Shown here: one piece after another, positions 20,067 through 30,084 of the stretch
Layout: each line of letters starts with the position of its first letter
Numbering within the stretch: the first letter of the stretch is position 1
Source: Planctomycetota bacterium
Lineage (GTDB): Bacteria; Planctomycetota; UBA1135
Reading direction: 5' to 3'
Length of the DNA stretch: 64,000 nucleotides
Assembly: GCA_008501825.1 (NCBI GenBank)
Contig: QQUA01000026.1
Location: 7,824-71,823 of the forward strand
Translations under genes and position numbers: made by a program
The notes under the pieces: generated by a model
Databases searched by the model: none
The model's input: only the letters and a program-made list of their open reading frames with translations
What the model was told of the DNA's origin: nothing

Positions 20067-20714
20067 ATGCCCGAATCTTCTCACCTTGACGGCGGCCAAG
20101 CCCTGGATCCGCAACAAGCGAAGTTGGCCCAACAACTCCGCACCTACCGCGGAGTCGACCTGACCGAAGAAAAACATCGCCTGCGCATTCTGCAGCAGGT
20201 CGAGGCGACGCCATTGTGGTGGCATCGGGACACCCTTCCCGGCCACGTCACCGCCAGCGCTTTCATCGTCGACCCTTCTTTGGAACAAATCCTGCTGGTG
20301 CATCACCGCAAATTGGACCGATGGTTGCAACCCGGAGGCCACGATGACGGGGAACGAGATCCGGCTATTTCCGTTCTGCGGGAAATTGAAGAAGAGTGCG
20401 CATTAAAACAAGTTCGTTTTTTCGGCGACTACCCACAAATTTTCGACGTCGACGTCCACGGCATTCCGGCTCGTCCCGACATGCCCGAACACCTGCACTT
20501 GGACGTTCGTTTTTTAATCTTGGCGGATCCTCGCCAAGTGTTGCAGCACGACCCCGAAGAATCCCATCAAATCGCCTGGTGGTCCCTGGCTCGGGCATAC
20601 CGGGAATTGGAAGAAGAAAGTCTTTTACGACCCTTGCGGAAAATCGCGGAAATCCGCCGGGCATCGAAGCCCTCCCGGCAGGACCCGCGATTTTCCGAAT
20701 CCGAACCTAGCTGA
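20067..20714 (+). CDS. NUDIX hydrolase
   Basis: Nudix box GGHDDGERDPAISVLREIEEECAL (G-x5-E-x7-REUxEExGU). Lies 20 nt after the BCCP-like gene. Confidence 0.85.
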   Translation: MPESSHLDGGQALDPQQAKLAQQLRTYRGVDLTEEKHRLRILQQVEATPLWWHRDTLPGHVTASAFIVDPSLEQILLVHHRKLDRWLQPGGHDDGERDPAISVLREIEEECALKQVRFFGDYPQIFDVDVHGIPARPDMPEHLHLDVRFLILADPRQVLQHDPEESHQIAWWSLARAYRELEEESLLRPLRKIAEIRRASKPSRQDPRFSESEPS

Positions 20715-20737
20715 ACTCAGAGAAGACCTGCCGATGG

Positions 20738-21298
20738 TTATTGTTCGGCCGGTTGGTAACGCTGCAGGTTTTCCCAATATCCACTGAAATGAACTCGGCG
20801 GACCCAGTTCGGGTGTTTGCCGGCAAACCGGTAATTCACCCACAACTCATCGCCGGGCCCGATCACGACTCCCGATTCCCAATGCAACGGCTGAGTCAAG
20901 AATTCTCCGTCCGTCCCGATTCGATGAGGAAGCTCCTTAAGCTGAGCATCCAGGACGACTTTTCGGCCTTGATCGCCCACCCGTTCCAACCATAGGCGGT
21001 CGGTCGCTTGAGCCGGCTGATTACGAAATTCATCGTGCTGAAAAGTCATCAGATCGGTGAGCACGAAACGGCGACCGTGGGGTACTTCCAACAAGCGAGC
21101 CGAACGATCGTTATCCAGCACCACGGTATCCCAATGGGGATCGGTTTGGGGCGGGGGCATGACGAACACCGGCCGCACATTTTTGCCGTTGGGATCCTGC
21201 GGTTGTTGCGGGTTCTGAGGGTCGCCGTTGGATTGGGCCCAAAGCCAGGGTGCGGCCAAGCCGGCCAACACCAGGGGGAAAAGGAAGGTCTTCTTCAT
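20738..21298 (-). CDS. secreted hypothetical protein
   Basis: Signal peptide MKKTFLFPLVLAGLAAPWLWAQ followed by a Q/P-rich linker. No family recognised. Confidence 0.6.
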   Translation of the reverse strand: MKKTFLFPLVLAGLAAPWLWAQSNGDPQNPQQPQDPNGKNVRPVFVMPPPQTDPHWDTVVLDNDRSARLLEVPHGRRFVLTDLMTFQHDEFRNQPAQATDRLWLERVGDQGRKVVLDAQLKELPHRIGTDGEFLTQPLHWESGVVIGPGDELWVNYRFAGKHPNWVRRVHFSGYWENLQRYQPAEQ

Positions 21299-21443
21299 GG
21301 TCAGTCGGAAGCGCTATGGTTCGGGAAAGGGCTGCATTCGCGGCCTTGCCCTTCCGTTTCCATTGGACGGAAGCAAGGCCGGCCGGCGGCCGGAAATCCC
21401 TCAAACCGTTGGTTGCATGCCACACTAACGCCGCCGGGCGGCC

Positions 21444-24400
21444 ATGCCTTCCCCAGCTCATCCAGAATCCACGGCTTTGCGCTTTCCCGGCCCGGCCGAG
21501 GCACAATCCTCGCTGATCGCCGAAATCCGGCGCCGGAGCCAGGATTCAGAGCCGTGGCTGCGCCAGGCTCCGTGGACCATCCTGGTTAGCACAGCCGCTC
21601 AACGGCGGGATTTGGCCACCGCTCTGGTCGCCGGGGAGACCGGAGCCATCTTGGGCTTGCAAGTTCAAACCCTGGCGGCCTTGGCTCGAGATTTGGCTGA
21701 GGAAGCCGGTTTTCGACGCCCCAGTGCCCACCGCTGGTTCGCCGTCCTGGCCCGGCGAAGCGCCCAGCAGCAACCGCAACTAGCTTCCCTCCTTGCCAAC
21801 TGGGAGGAGAGCCCCCAACTCCTGGTCGACAGTCAGGAAAGCCTGCTGCGTGCCGGATATCGGCCGGACACCCGGCCGGCTTTCGACCGCCACATACCCG
21901 GTCCATGGCAGGCGCAAGCACTGGCGGAGGCTACCGAAACGACTTGGAACGCCTTGCAGAAAATGGGCTTGGAGATCCCTGGTCATAGCTGGATGCAGGC
22001 CGAACGAGCTTTGCAGGCCGGCGTACGGCCAGCCGGACGCCTGCTGGCCTTTGGATTCGCAGGAGCCCCCGAGCCGGAACGACGATTTTTGGCCGCCTTG
22101 CAAGACCGCCTGCCGGTGTCCAGTTGGGATTGGGAACTGGACCCGCCAGCGGCCGGCTCGGACTGGCATCATTTCCACGCTCCGCAACCGGATGCCGAGG
22201 CCCGGGAAATCGCCTATCGAATTCGGCAAAGCCTAGATCAGGGCTCGAAGCCGGAATCCATCGCGGTGGTCAGTCCGGCCCTGACCCGCATGCTGCCTTG
22301 GCTCCGGCACCATTTCGAAGCCTTGGGCCTTCCCTTTGCCGGACCGGCGGATCCCGCCCGGCAGATGCCGGCCTTCCGCCGCTGGAAGTTGTGGCTGGAT
22401 TGCTGCCGCCTGGGCCCCGAGGCCTGGACCGAGGACTGGCTCGAAGCCGCCGCCTTGCCGCTCGAAGTCGAGGCCGATCTAGGCGAATGGCTGCGAGCCA
22501 AGGGCTGCCATAGTCTCGGTTCAGTGACGGCCGAAGCCGCTTCCTCCAGTCCTGAACCGGACCAAAGCCTGTCCTTGACCGTGGTCGCCGGCCTGGAAGC
22601 AGACAACCAGACCGGAAGTCTGGAAACCGCCGCTTCCCGCGAGCCGGCTGAGGCCGGATTTCTTCAGCGGCGGCGACTTCCCGCCCAGTGGTGGCAGGCT
22701 TGCCTCCAAGCGGCTCGGGCCTGTTTGCGGCATTGGCAGGAGTGGCCGAAATCGGCCTCGGTTTCAGAACATCTGGCTTATTTGCAACGGGGCCTGCCCG
22801 AAATCGGGGTTTGCCTAAAGGAACAAGCCTTTTGGGCTCCGCCTTTGCCCCAAGAAGTCGCGGAATGTCTGGGTTCTTTGCAGGGCCCGGAGATTGACGC
22901 TGCCGAGTTCCGCCTGTTGTTGATCGACAGCCTGCGTACCGCCCTCGCCCAGGCGGAAGCCGGGCCACGGGCGGGGATTCAACTCTTAGCCCCGGAACAA
23001 GCCCGGGGCGTCCCTTGGAAAGTCTGTTTCCTGGCCGGTCTGCAGCGCGGGCAGTGGCCGCCGGCTCAGCGGGACGACCCTTGGCTGCCCGAATCGGCGA
23101 CCCGTCCCCTGGCTGACCTCCTGCCGGATTGGCCCAGCTCCGACCGGAGGCGACAGCGAGACCAGCAACTTTTTTCCGAACTCTGCCGATCGGCGGCGGA
23201 GTTGCATTTTTCCTGGTCCAGAGGGCTGCCCGAAGGCGGCGCCCAGGTTCCCTCCCCCTATTTGGACGCCCTGTTCTTGCGCCAAGCCCTGCCGGTCGCC
23301 GAACGACTGCCGGCGGCGGAGGCGGCGGCCTTGGACCTTCCTCATGCCGGAAGCCGGCAACGACCCCGGCCGCTGCGGGAAAGCCGGCGGCTGCAGCGGC
23401 TCCAAGTTTCGGGCACCCGTTTCGCCCTGGAGCTGGACCCGAGCCTGCCGGAAGCTTTGGCTCGAGCCCGGTGCCAAGCCTTGGCCGCCTGGGATGGCCC
23501 CTGGCCCCAACGGGAGGACGGTTTGCCGGCTTTGGCCGGGGCCGTGGGCCCGCCGCTCGGTCCCGATCCCCGCCTGACTCCGACTTATCTCACCACTCTG
23601 GAAGCCACCGCCCGCTGCCCCTGGCAAAGCTTTTTGGCCCGTTTGCTGCGGTTGCCGGACTACGGCCATCAAGGTCCGTTGCCGCAACTGGATCCGGCCT
23701 TGTTCGGCAACGTAGTGCATCAGACTTTGGAGGCCTGCAGCTCGGTTCAGGAGACTCCTTCTCCTTCCCATTGGCGTCCGATTCTCGACCAAGTCGTACG
23801 AGAGCAATGCAACCGAGCCGGCATTCGCCAACCGGGGCTGCACCGGGCTCTCGCCCTCAGGGCTGAACCATATTTGGCTCGTGCCCTGGCCCGACTTTGG
23901 CCGCCGCGGGGAACGGTTTCGGCTGAACTCGAAGGGGCCTGGGAGCCCTTTCCCAACGGCCCTCCCGTTCACTTTCGAGCCGATCGGGTGGAACGATTCG
24001 AAGACGGTCAAAGTCTTTGGGTGGACTTCAAAACCGGCAAACCGCCCACCCAAGCCAAACGACCGGAAACCCGTCTTCGCCATTGGCGTCAAGCCGTGGC
24101 CAGGGGTCGAGGATGGCAGGCTCCCGCTTATGCCGCCGCGCAAAAGCATCCCAAGAGCGAGGGGCAATTCCTGTTTCTGCACCCCGATCTGGAAGAGGAA
24201 GCCGCTTCGTTCAGCCTTCACCCCGGCGACCCTTTGCTGGAAGAGATCTTTCTCCCGCGGCTTAAAACGGTTTGGCAAAGCTGGCATACCGGCACCTTGC
24301 CTCCCCGTTTGGAGGATGCCCAAGGCAACGAACCCGATCCCTGCCGCTATTGCCCCTACCCGGCCGCTTGTTTGCGCGGCGACTCCGGAGCCCGAAGACG

Positions 24401-24494
24401 CTTGCGAATCTGGATGCAAGCCGCCGGCGACTCCGAGGCTGCGGACCGAAACCAAGCTCGGGCGATTTGGTTTTTGGCGGAGGACGCCTCGTGA
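21444..24494 (+). CDS. addB: AddB-like PD-(D/E)XK nuclease subunit with C-terminal Fe-S cysteine cluster
   Basis: C-terminal RecB-type nuclease motif (LWVDFKTGKP) bracketed by cysteines ARCPW ... CRYCPYPAAC (C-x2-C-x5-C), as in AddB. No intact Walker A seen. Sits directly upstream of, and overlaps, the AddA-like helicase gene. Confidence 0.7.
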   Translation: MPSPAHPESTALRFPGPAEAQSSLIAEIRRRSQDSEPWLRQAPWTILVSTAAQRRDLATALVAGETGAILGLQVQTLAALARDLAEEAGFRRPSAHRWFAVLARRSAQQQPQLASLLANWEESPQLLVDSQESLLRAGYRPDTRPAFDRHIPGPWQAQALAEATETTWNALQKMGLEIPGHSWMQAERALQAGVRPAGRLLAFGFAGAPEPERRFLAALQDRLPVSSWDWELDPPAAGSDWHHFHAPQPDAEAREIAYRIRQSLDQGSKPESIAVVSPALTRMLPWLRHHFEALGLPFAGPADPARQMPAFRRWKLWLDCCRLGPEAWTEDWLEAAALPLEVEADLGEWLRAKGCHSLGSVTAEAASSSPEPDQSLSLTVVAGLEADNQTGSLETAASREPAEAGFLQRRRLPAQWWQACLQAARACLRHWQEWPKSASVSEHLAYLQRGLPEIGVCLKEQAFWAPPLPQEVAECLGSLQGPEIDAAEFRLLLIDSLRTALAQAEAGPRAGIQLLAPEQARGVPWKVCFLAGLQRGQWPPAQRDDPWLPESATRPLADLLPDWPSSDRRRQRDQQLFSELCRSAAELHFSWSRGLPEGGAQVPSPYLDALFLRQALPVAERLPAAEAAALDLPHAGSRQRPRPLRESRRLQRLQVSGTRFALELDPSLPEALARARCQALAAWDGPWPQREDGLPALAGAVGPPLGPDPRLTPTYLTTLEATARCPWQSFLARLLRLPDYGHQGPLPQLDPALFGNVVHQTLEACSSVQETPSPSHWRPILDQVVREQCNRAGIRQPGLHRALALRAEPYLARALARLWPPRGTVSAELEGAWEPFPNGPPVHFRADRVERFEDGQSLWVDFKTGKPPTQAKRPETRLRHWRQAVARGRGWQAPAYAAAQKHPKSEGQFLFLHPDLEEEAASFSLHPGDPLLEEIFLPRLKTVWQSWHTGTLPPRLEDAQGNEPDPCRYCPYPAACLRGDSGARRRLRIWMQAAGDSEAADRNQARAIWFLAEDAS

Positions 24495-27400
24495 AGCCGG
24501 ACCAAGCCTTGCGCCGGCAAGATGCTGAAGCTCGGGAAGCCGCTTGTATTTGCTTCGATCGACCCTTGGTTTTGGAAGCCGGTGCCGGTACCGGAAAAAC
24601 CGCAACCTTGATCGCTCGCATGCTGCATTGGGCCATCGGTCCCGGGTGGGAGCAGCAACGAAGCCGAGCCGGTTCGGAGGCCAGCCCGGATCAAATCGCC
24701 ATTTTGGTTTGGAGTCGCACGGTGGCCATCACCTTCACCGAGAAAGCCGCGGCGGAAATGGCGCAACGCTTGGCCGACGGTTTGAAGGCCTTGATCGCCG
24801 GTCAAACGGTTCTCGGCATGCCGGCGAAATTTTCCGCTCCGGCAACGGAACAACTCAAACATCGTTTATCGGCATTGCTCACCCATTTGGACCGAGTCAG
24901 CCTCGGCACCATTCACGCTTTTTGTCGCCATCTCTTGGCTCGCCATCCGTTTGAAGCCGAGTTGCATCCGAATTTCCAAGTCGACGGCGACGGCGGAGAA
25001 GTCCGCCGCCAGGTTGAGCAGCTCTGCAGGCAAGAGTTGGAAAGCTGGTACGGCGAACCCGGCGACCCGGATGCGCAACGCTTGGCCGCCCTCGGTTTCG
25101 ATCCGGTGTTCTTGGCTTCGCTGTTAACCCGTGCCAGTCAAGAACATTGGCCGCTAGAAGCTTTGGCCAACCATCCCTACCGCCCGGAAGCGCTGAGCCT
25201 TTGGCTGAAAAGCCAACAACAAGCGGCCGAACGGGTTAGCGGCTTTTTACAAGCGCGCCTTCCCGAGGCCGGTGGCGGAAAGCGCTTGGATCCCGCCCGG
25301 GCGGTGGAGCAAGCCTTGCGAGGCTTGACCGGCTCTTCGTCTCAAGATCGAGACTTGGAAAGTTGGAAACGGCACAGTCAAAACTGGCAAACCAGTGGCG
25401 CCCTAAGCAAATTACAAAAGTGGGCCAAAGAAGGTCTCAATCGAACCGAGATCAAAGCTTTGGGAAATCCGCCCTCCCACTTTGCCGAGGCCTGCGCCCA
25501 ACTGCATTCGGCCTGGCAGGGCTTGATGCAAGCCGATCCGGAACTGCTGCCGGCCTTGTTCCGATTTTTGCACCGAGCCTACGGTGCCATCCAGCGGCAA
25601 TTGAATCGCCGCGGCTTGGTTGTGTTTCAGGAATTGCTGCATCGGTGCGCCGACTTGATGGAACGGCACGAAAGCATCCGCCGGCTCACCCGAAGCCGTT
25701 TCGATCAAGTCTTGGTCGATGAATTCCAAGACACCGACCCGTGGCAGTGCCGTCTCTTGGAACAACTTTGTCTGCGCCCCGACTCCACTCCGGCTCCCAC
25801 TTTGTTCCTGGTCGGGGATCCGAAACAATCGATCTATGCTTGGCGCCATGCCGATTTAGCCGCCTATGAAGCCTTCGTCCAAAAAGTCATGGCCCTTGGC
25901 GGCGAAAGGCATCGTTTGAGTGTGAACTTCCGATCCGTGCCGGGGATCTTGCAGGAAGTCGAAGCGATTCACAAACCGATCATGCCGGAAATTCCCGGCC
26001 TGCAACCTGCCTTTCAAAGTTTGCTGGCGGCTCCGAAACTTCAAGACCATGCCGGCTTCGCGGAAGATCAACGCCGGCCTTTGGAACTTTGGCTGGCCTG
26101 GGCTCCACCCGAAGAGGAAAAGGCCGGACCGGATACCCTGGCCGAAAGAGCTCGAGAATTGGAGGCCGCCGCCCTGGCTCAAGATCTAAGCGATCTGCAC
26201 CGGCAGAAACTTTTGCAATGGCACCAAGCGGCGGTGTTGATGCGCAGCACGACACGCCAGGAAGTGTATTTGCAAGCCTTGCGGGAAGCCGGCGTCCCGT
26301 ATTTGGTGGAACGGGATCGAAGTTATTATCAAAAGCGCGAGATTCAAGACGCCGGTTCCTGGTTGCAAGCGGTTCTGGATCCCCACGCTCAAACCGCCTT
26401 GGTGGGAGCCTTAAGAAGTCCATGGGTCGGAGTTCCGGACCGAGCTTGGCTACCTTTATGGCAGGAAGGCTTTCCGGCGGCGGCAGTGGCTTTGGACGGA
26501 GAGGATGTCTCCGCTCTTCGTGCCATGCATGCTTTAATTGATCGGGCGGCGGCCAAAATCGATGCCACCGACGCCGCAGAGCAAAACAAGGATTGGCCTT
26601 ACGCCTTGAAGGCAGCCATGGACGCCCTGGCCGAATTGCGAGCGGATTGGCATCGATTGCCGGCGGAATCGTGGCTGGAAAAATTCCGCTTTTCCCTCGA
26701 CGCAGAAACGGTGGAAGCCGGTCGCTATCTAGGCCTGCATCGATTGGCCAACTTGCAGCGTTTCTTTCATCAAATCGGGCAATGGCTACAGCAAGGCATG
26801 GGAAAGCGGGCCCTGTTACGGGAATGGCGCGCTTGTCAATTTGAAGGCGAAGGAGAAGTCGCCTCCCCAGGAGATGAAGGATTGGACGCAGTCCGAATCC
26901 TCACCATTCACAAAGCCAAGGGCCTGACTTTTGACCATGTCTATCTGGTCAACGGTCACGGGCAAAGCGGTGCCAATGCCGCCGCTTTACAGGAAGAGTG
27001 GATGGCTTCGGAAAACGGTTTCGAATTCCGCCTCGGCGGTGCCGCCACCCTGGGCTTTCATCAAGCCAAGCGAAGACAAAAAGAAATCCAAGCGGCGGAA
27101 GCGGTTCGAACTCTGTACGTGGCCTTAACCCGCGCTCGTTTCCGGCTGGTCGTGGCCGGGCGCGGCAGCAAGAAAGAGATTCCCTCCTGGAACCACGCTT
27201 CCAGTTTTTGGGAATTGTTGCAACACCGGGAAGGTGGTTGGCCGGATTGGTCCGATTTCTGGCAACAATGGCAAGGCAAACCGGACCTTTCGGTGGATCA
27301 CCCATGGCTCATTCGAGTCTTGGGTGCAAAAGCGAAGCGAGGGGAAGCGGCGCAAAAGCCGGCGGCCCCGGCGGCCTTTTCCTGGGAGGAGGCCTTCCTG

Positions 27401-28105
27401 CAGGAACAACGCTTGCAGCAAGCCCGAGCCCAAGCTCAGCAGCGTAGCTTGCGACCCTACACCGCAGCGGTTACCGGAGTTCGTCATCCGCAGGAAGGGA
27501 TACCGGCCGGAGAAACGGCGACGAGACCAGAGTCAAAGAGTTCCGCCATCCGGCCGAACTTGGCCCTGGCGGTGGGAAGCGCCATTCATCAGGCTTTGCA
27601 GCATTGGGATTTTCAACTTCCCTTGGAACAAGCTTTGGCGGCCCAAAAGGATCGCTTGGCCGAGTATCTAAAGCCGCGCTTGGTTCCAGCGGATCTTCCT
27701 CCTGCACTGGAAAGAGCGGAAGATTTATGGCAGCGATTCGGCAACGGAATCCTGGCCGAAGAGTTGCACCGCTTAGGCCCCCACGTCATCGGCCGCGAGT
27801 TACCTTTGCTGCTCCATTCCGATACCGAAACCGGACCGGTCGGTGCTTGCATCGGCACTTTGGATCTTCTTTACCAAGATCCGGAGACCGGCACTTGGGT
27901 GATCGCCGATTTCAAAACCGATCGGGTTGAGGATGAGGAAGGCTTGCAAGCCCGTTGCCGCCTCTACGCCGAACAGGGACAACAATATCGAAGGGCGGTG
28001 TCGCTGGCCTACCCCAAGGCCCCATTGGCCCCCTTCCTCGAATTTTGGTTTTTGTTTCCCGGACAAAGGTTGCGAGTGACTCCTTCCAAGAAGTTGAAAT
28101 CATGA
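24491..28105 (+). CDS. addA: AddA-like UvrD/Rep-family helicase-nuclease subunit
   Basis: SF1 helicase motifs: EAGAGTGKT, DEFQDTD, VGDPKQSIYAWR, TIHKAKGL, YVALTRAR. C-terminal nuclease motifs GSAIHQALQ and VIADFKTD. GTG at 24491 overlaps the AddB stop (GTGA). Confidence 0.85.
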   Translation: MKPDQALRRQDAEAREAACICFDRPLVLEAGAGTGKTATLIARMLHWAIGPGWEQQRSRAGSEASPDQIAILVWSRTVAITFTEKAAAEMAQRLADGLKALIAGQTVLGMPAKFSAPATEQLKHRLSALLTHLDRVSLGTIHAFCRHLLARHPFEAELHPNFQVDGDGGEVRRQVEQLCRQELESWYGEPGDPDAQRLAALGFDPVFLASLLTRASQEHWPLEALANHPYRPEALSLWLKSQQQAAERVSGFLQARLPEAGGGKRLDPARAVEQALRGLTGSSSQDRDLESWKRHSQNWQTSGALSKLQKWAKEGLNRTEIKALGNPPSHFAEACAQLHSAWQGLMQADPELLPALFRFLHRAYGAIQRQLNRRGLVVFQELLHRCADLMERHESIRRLTRSRFDQVLVDEFQDTDPWQCRLLEQLCLRPDSTPAPTLFLVGDPKQSIYAWRHADLAAYEAFVQKVMALGGERHRLSVNFRSVPGILQEVEAIHKPIMPEIPGLQPAFQSLLAAPKLQDHAGFAEDQRRPLELWLAWAPPEEEKAGPDTLAERARELEAAALAQDLSDLHRQKLLQWHQAAVLMRSTTRQEVYLQALREAGVPYLVERDRSYYQKREIQDAGSWLQAVLDPHAQTALVGALRSPWVGVPDRAWLPLWQEGFPAAAVALDGEDVSALRAMHALIDRAAAKIDATDAAEQNKDWPYALKAAMDALAELRADWHRLPAESWLEKFRFSLDAETVEAGRYLGLHRLANLQRFFHQIGQWLQQGMGKRALLREWRACQFEGEGEVASPGDEGLDAVRILTIHKAKGLTFDHVYLVNGHGQSGANAAALQEEWMASENGFEFRLGGAATLGFHQAKRRQKEIQAAEAVRTLYVALTRARFRLVVAGRGSKKEIPSWNHASSFWELLQHREGGWPDWSDFWQQWQGKPDLSVDHPWLIRVLGAKAKRGEAAQKPAAPAAFSWEEAFLQEQRLQQARAQAQQRSLRPYTAAVTGVRHPQEGIPAGETATRPESKSSAIRPNLALAVGSAIHQALQHWDFQLPLEQALAAQKDRLAEYLKPRLVPADLPPALERAEDLWQRFGNGILAEELHRLGPHVIGRELPLLLHSDTETGPVGACIGTLDLLYQDPETGTWVIADFKTDRVEDEEGLQARCRLYAEQGQQYRRAVSLAYPKAPLAPFLEFWFLFPGQRLRVTPSKKLKS

Positions 28106-29460
28106 ACCGTTACTTGCTGCTGAACGTGGTCGGCTTGACCGAGTCCCTGATGCAATCCGGCGCCATGCCGCAGTTGCAGGCCTTTGCCGAGAAAAGAGCC
28201 GTTCGCCGATTGCAGCCCGATTTGCCGGCGGTCACTTTGACTTCCCAAGCTTCGATGTTGACCGGTAAGGCTCCCAGCGACCATGGCATCGTCGGCAACG
28301 GTTGGTACTTTCGGAATCTTGCCGAAGTTTGGCTTTGGCGGCAATCGTGTCATCTGTTGCAAGCCTCCACCATCCTGGAGCGATGGCGCCAAGAAAGGCC
28401 TGACGATGCCAGTGCCAATTTATTTTGGTGGTTCAACCTGCCAAGCCAGGCCGACCTCAGCTTGACGCCCCGTCCGACTTATTGGGCGGACGGCCGCAAG
28501 GGCCCGGACGTGCACAGCGGACCGCCGGCCTTGGGTCGAGAACTTCAGGCCAAATTGGGAGACTTTCCGCTATTTCAATTCTGGGGACCGGGAGCCGCCA
28601 TTGCCAGCAGCCGCTGGATTGCCGACGCCGCAGTGGAAGTCTTGCAAAGCCGGCAACCGGGGCTTTGCTTGGTGTATTTACCTCATCTGGATTATGACTT
28701 GCAGCGCTTTGGCCCCTCCGGCCCGGAAGCGGCTCGGGCGGCGGCGGAATTAGATGTCGAACTCGCCAAACTGCTGCAACAAGGCTTAAGCCAAGGCTTC
28801 GAAATCCTGGTCGTCAGCGAATACGGCATCACGCCGGTGAAAGCTGCCGTGTATCCGAATCAAGCCCTGCGCCGAGGCGGCTGGCTCCAAGTGCACCCGG
28901 CCCGAAACGGCGCCTTGTTGGATCCAGGTCATTCCCGAGCCTTTGCCGTTTGCGATCACCAGTGCGCTCACGTTTACGTGGCCGATCCTCACGACCTTGA
29001 ACCGGTTCGAAAGTGTTTGCAGGAGTTACCGGGAGTGGCCGAAATTTACGGCTCCGCCGAACTGGAAAAACTGGGTTTGAACCATGTACGAACCGGTGAA
29101 CTATTCCTCGTAGCCGATCGAGATCACTGGTTCGCCTATCCCTACTGGAGCGAACAAGACCAAGAACCGGATTTCGCCCGCACCGTGGATATTCATCGGA
29201 AACCGGGCTACGACCCATGCGAGTTGTTTTTGGATCCCAGCCAGCCGGGCCTAAAGCTGAAGCTCGGGCTCAAACTTCTGGGCAAAAAACTTGGCTTCCG
29301 AACTCTTTTCAATCCGGTGCCGTTGGATACCTCTTTGGTCCGAGGTTCCCATGGAAGACTTCCGGAACAACCGGAACACGGCCCGATTTGGATCGGCCCG
29401 GAAGCTCTGGCCCCCATCGACCGGGCTTCCCTCCGCGAAGCATTTCGCTTTTTGTTGTGA
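28102..29460 (+). CDS. alkaline-phosphatase-superfamily nucleotide pyrophosphatase/phosphodiesterase (NPP-type)
   Basis: LPAVTLTSQASMLTGKAPSDHGIVGNGWY matches the NPP nucleophile-Thr/TG-x2-P-x2-HG motif. ATG at 28102 overlaps the AddA stop (ATGA). Confidence 0.75.
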   Translation: MNRYLLLNVVGLTESLMQSGAMPQLQAFAEKRAVRRLQPDLPAVTLTSQASMLTGKAPSDHGIVGNGWYFRNLAEVWLWRQSCHLLQASTILERWRQERPDDASANLFWWFNLPSQADLSLTPRPTYWADGRKGPDVHSGPPALGRELQAKLGDFPLFQFWGPGAAIASSRWIADAAVEVLQSRQPGLCLVYLPHLDYDLQRFGPSGPEAARAAAELDVELAKLLQQGLSQGFEILVVSEYGITPVKAAVYPNQALRRGGWLQVHPARNGALLDPGHSRAFAVCDHQCAHVYVADPHDLEPVRKCLQELPGVAEIYGSAELEKLGLNHVRTGELFLVADRDHWFAYPYWSEQDQEPDFARTVDIHRKPGYDPCELFLDPSQPGLKLKLGLKLLGKKLGFRTLFNPVPLDTSLVRGSHGRLPEQPEHGPIWIGPEALAPIDRASLREAFRFLL

Positions 29461-29494
29461 ACTTCACCAGAAAACCGAGCTCCAAGGGGACCAT

Positions 29495-29527
29495 GAAAAA
29501 CAGCCCCGAAGCCGAAGCTCCGGGGCC
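29495..29527 (-). terminator. intrinsic terminator for the minus-strand small secreted protein gene
   Basis: The minus strand reads ggccccggagc-ttcg-gcttcggggct followed by gttttt. Confidence 0.55.
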
Positions 29528-29552
29528 TCATGCCCAAATGACGGTTTCCTTC

Positions 29553-29981
29553 TCATGGACGAGGTTGAAAATCCGCCGAAATGTCAACTCCCCCATGAAC
29601 GTCAAAAACTCGAAGGGTATCGCCGGTTTCTACACGCTTTCCAGCCGGGGGACGACCATCGGCACCAGGAGTCACACCGAATAAATCCAACCGAAGCATG
29701 CCTCGGCCGGTGGCATCCGTCACCATGGTGCCAACTTTGATGCCGCGAACGGTGACTCTTAAGGTGCGGTTGGAGCCGGCATTTTGGATCTCAACCTCCA
29801 AAGTTTGATCGATCAAGCCGTGCTCGGGCGATTCCTTGTACTTTCCTTTCAAGGCAACCGTTCCGACTTGATTTACCGCATCCCAAATCAAGTCTTGATC
29901 GTTTCGCGGTCCAGCCTGCAGGGCTTGACCGGTCAGCATCACGACCGCCAGGATTAGCGAAAACAGAGTGGCAAGTTTCAT
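29553..29981 (-). CDS. small secreted hypothetical protein (paralog of 34468..34899)
   Basis: Signal peptide MKLATLFSLILAVVMLTGQALQA. Shares W-D-A...G-x-V-x-L-K-x-x-Y-K-E...V-x-V-R-G...T-D-x-x-G-R...G-R-P...G-D-x-[LV]-R-V-[FY]-D with 34468..34899. Confidence 0.6.
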   Translation of the reverse strand: MKLATLFSLILAVVMLTGQALQAGPRNDQDLIWDAVNQVGTVALKGKYKESPEHGLIDQTLEVEIQNAGSNRTLRVTVRGIKVGTMVTDATGRGMLRLDLFGVTPGADGRPPAGKRVETGDTLRVFDVHGGVDISADFQPRP

Positions 29982-30084
29982 GGTGAATCTGATCTCCTCT
30001 TCTTCTTTCGGGATTTACTTGGTTCCAATCCCGATTCCCTTGCAAAGGCGGGAAAAATTAAAATCGCCCCTCAAAAAACTTGAA

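Noticed and set aside
22986-24605. Very long ORFs antisense to well-supported genes. Examples: 22986-24605 (539 aa), 39909-41447 (512 aa), 57349-59073 (574 aa), 60698-61924 (408 aa), 51103-52347 (414 aa), 17654-18706 (350 aa), 59077-60153 (358 aa).
   Set aside because: Their translations are low-complexity and rich in R/G/P/A/V, with no motifs. The opposite strand carries unmistakable family signatures in each case (AddB, AKR/PanB, metalloprotease, M28, SSF, carboxyltransferase). This is the usual stop-codon-poor shadow frame of GC-rich DNA.
21444-28105. Considered whether the PD-(D/E)XK plus UvrD-like pair is a phage-defence module (for example Gabija-like).
   Set aside because: The domain order, sizes (about 1000 and 1200 aa), Fe-S cysteine cluster in the first protein and C-terminal RecB nuclease in the helicase fit the housekeeping AddAB end-resection complex. 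There is no TOPRIM/ATPase partner and no island context.
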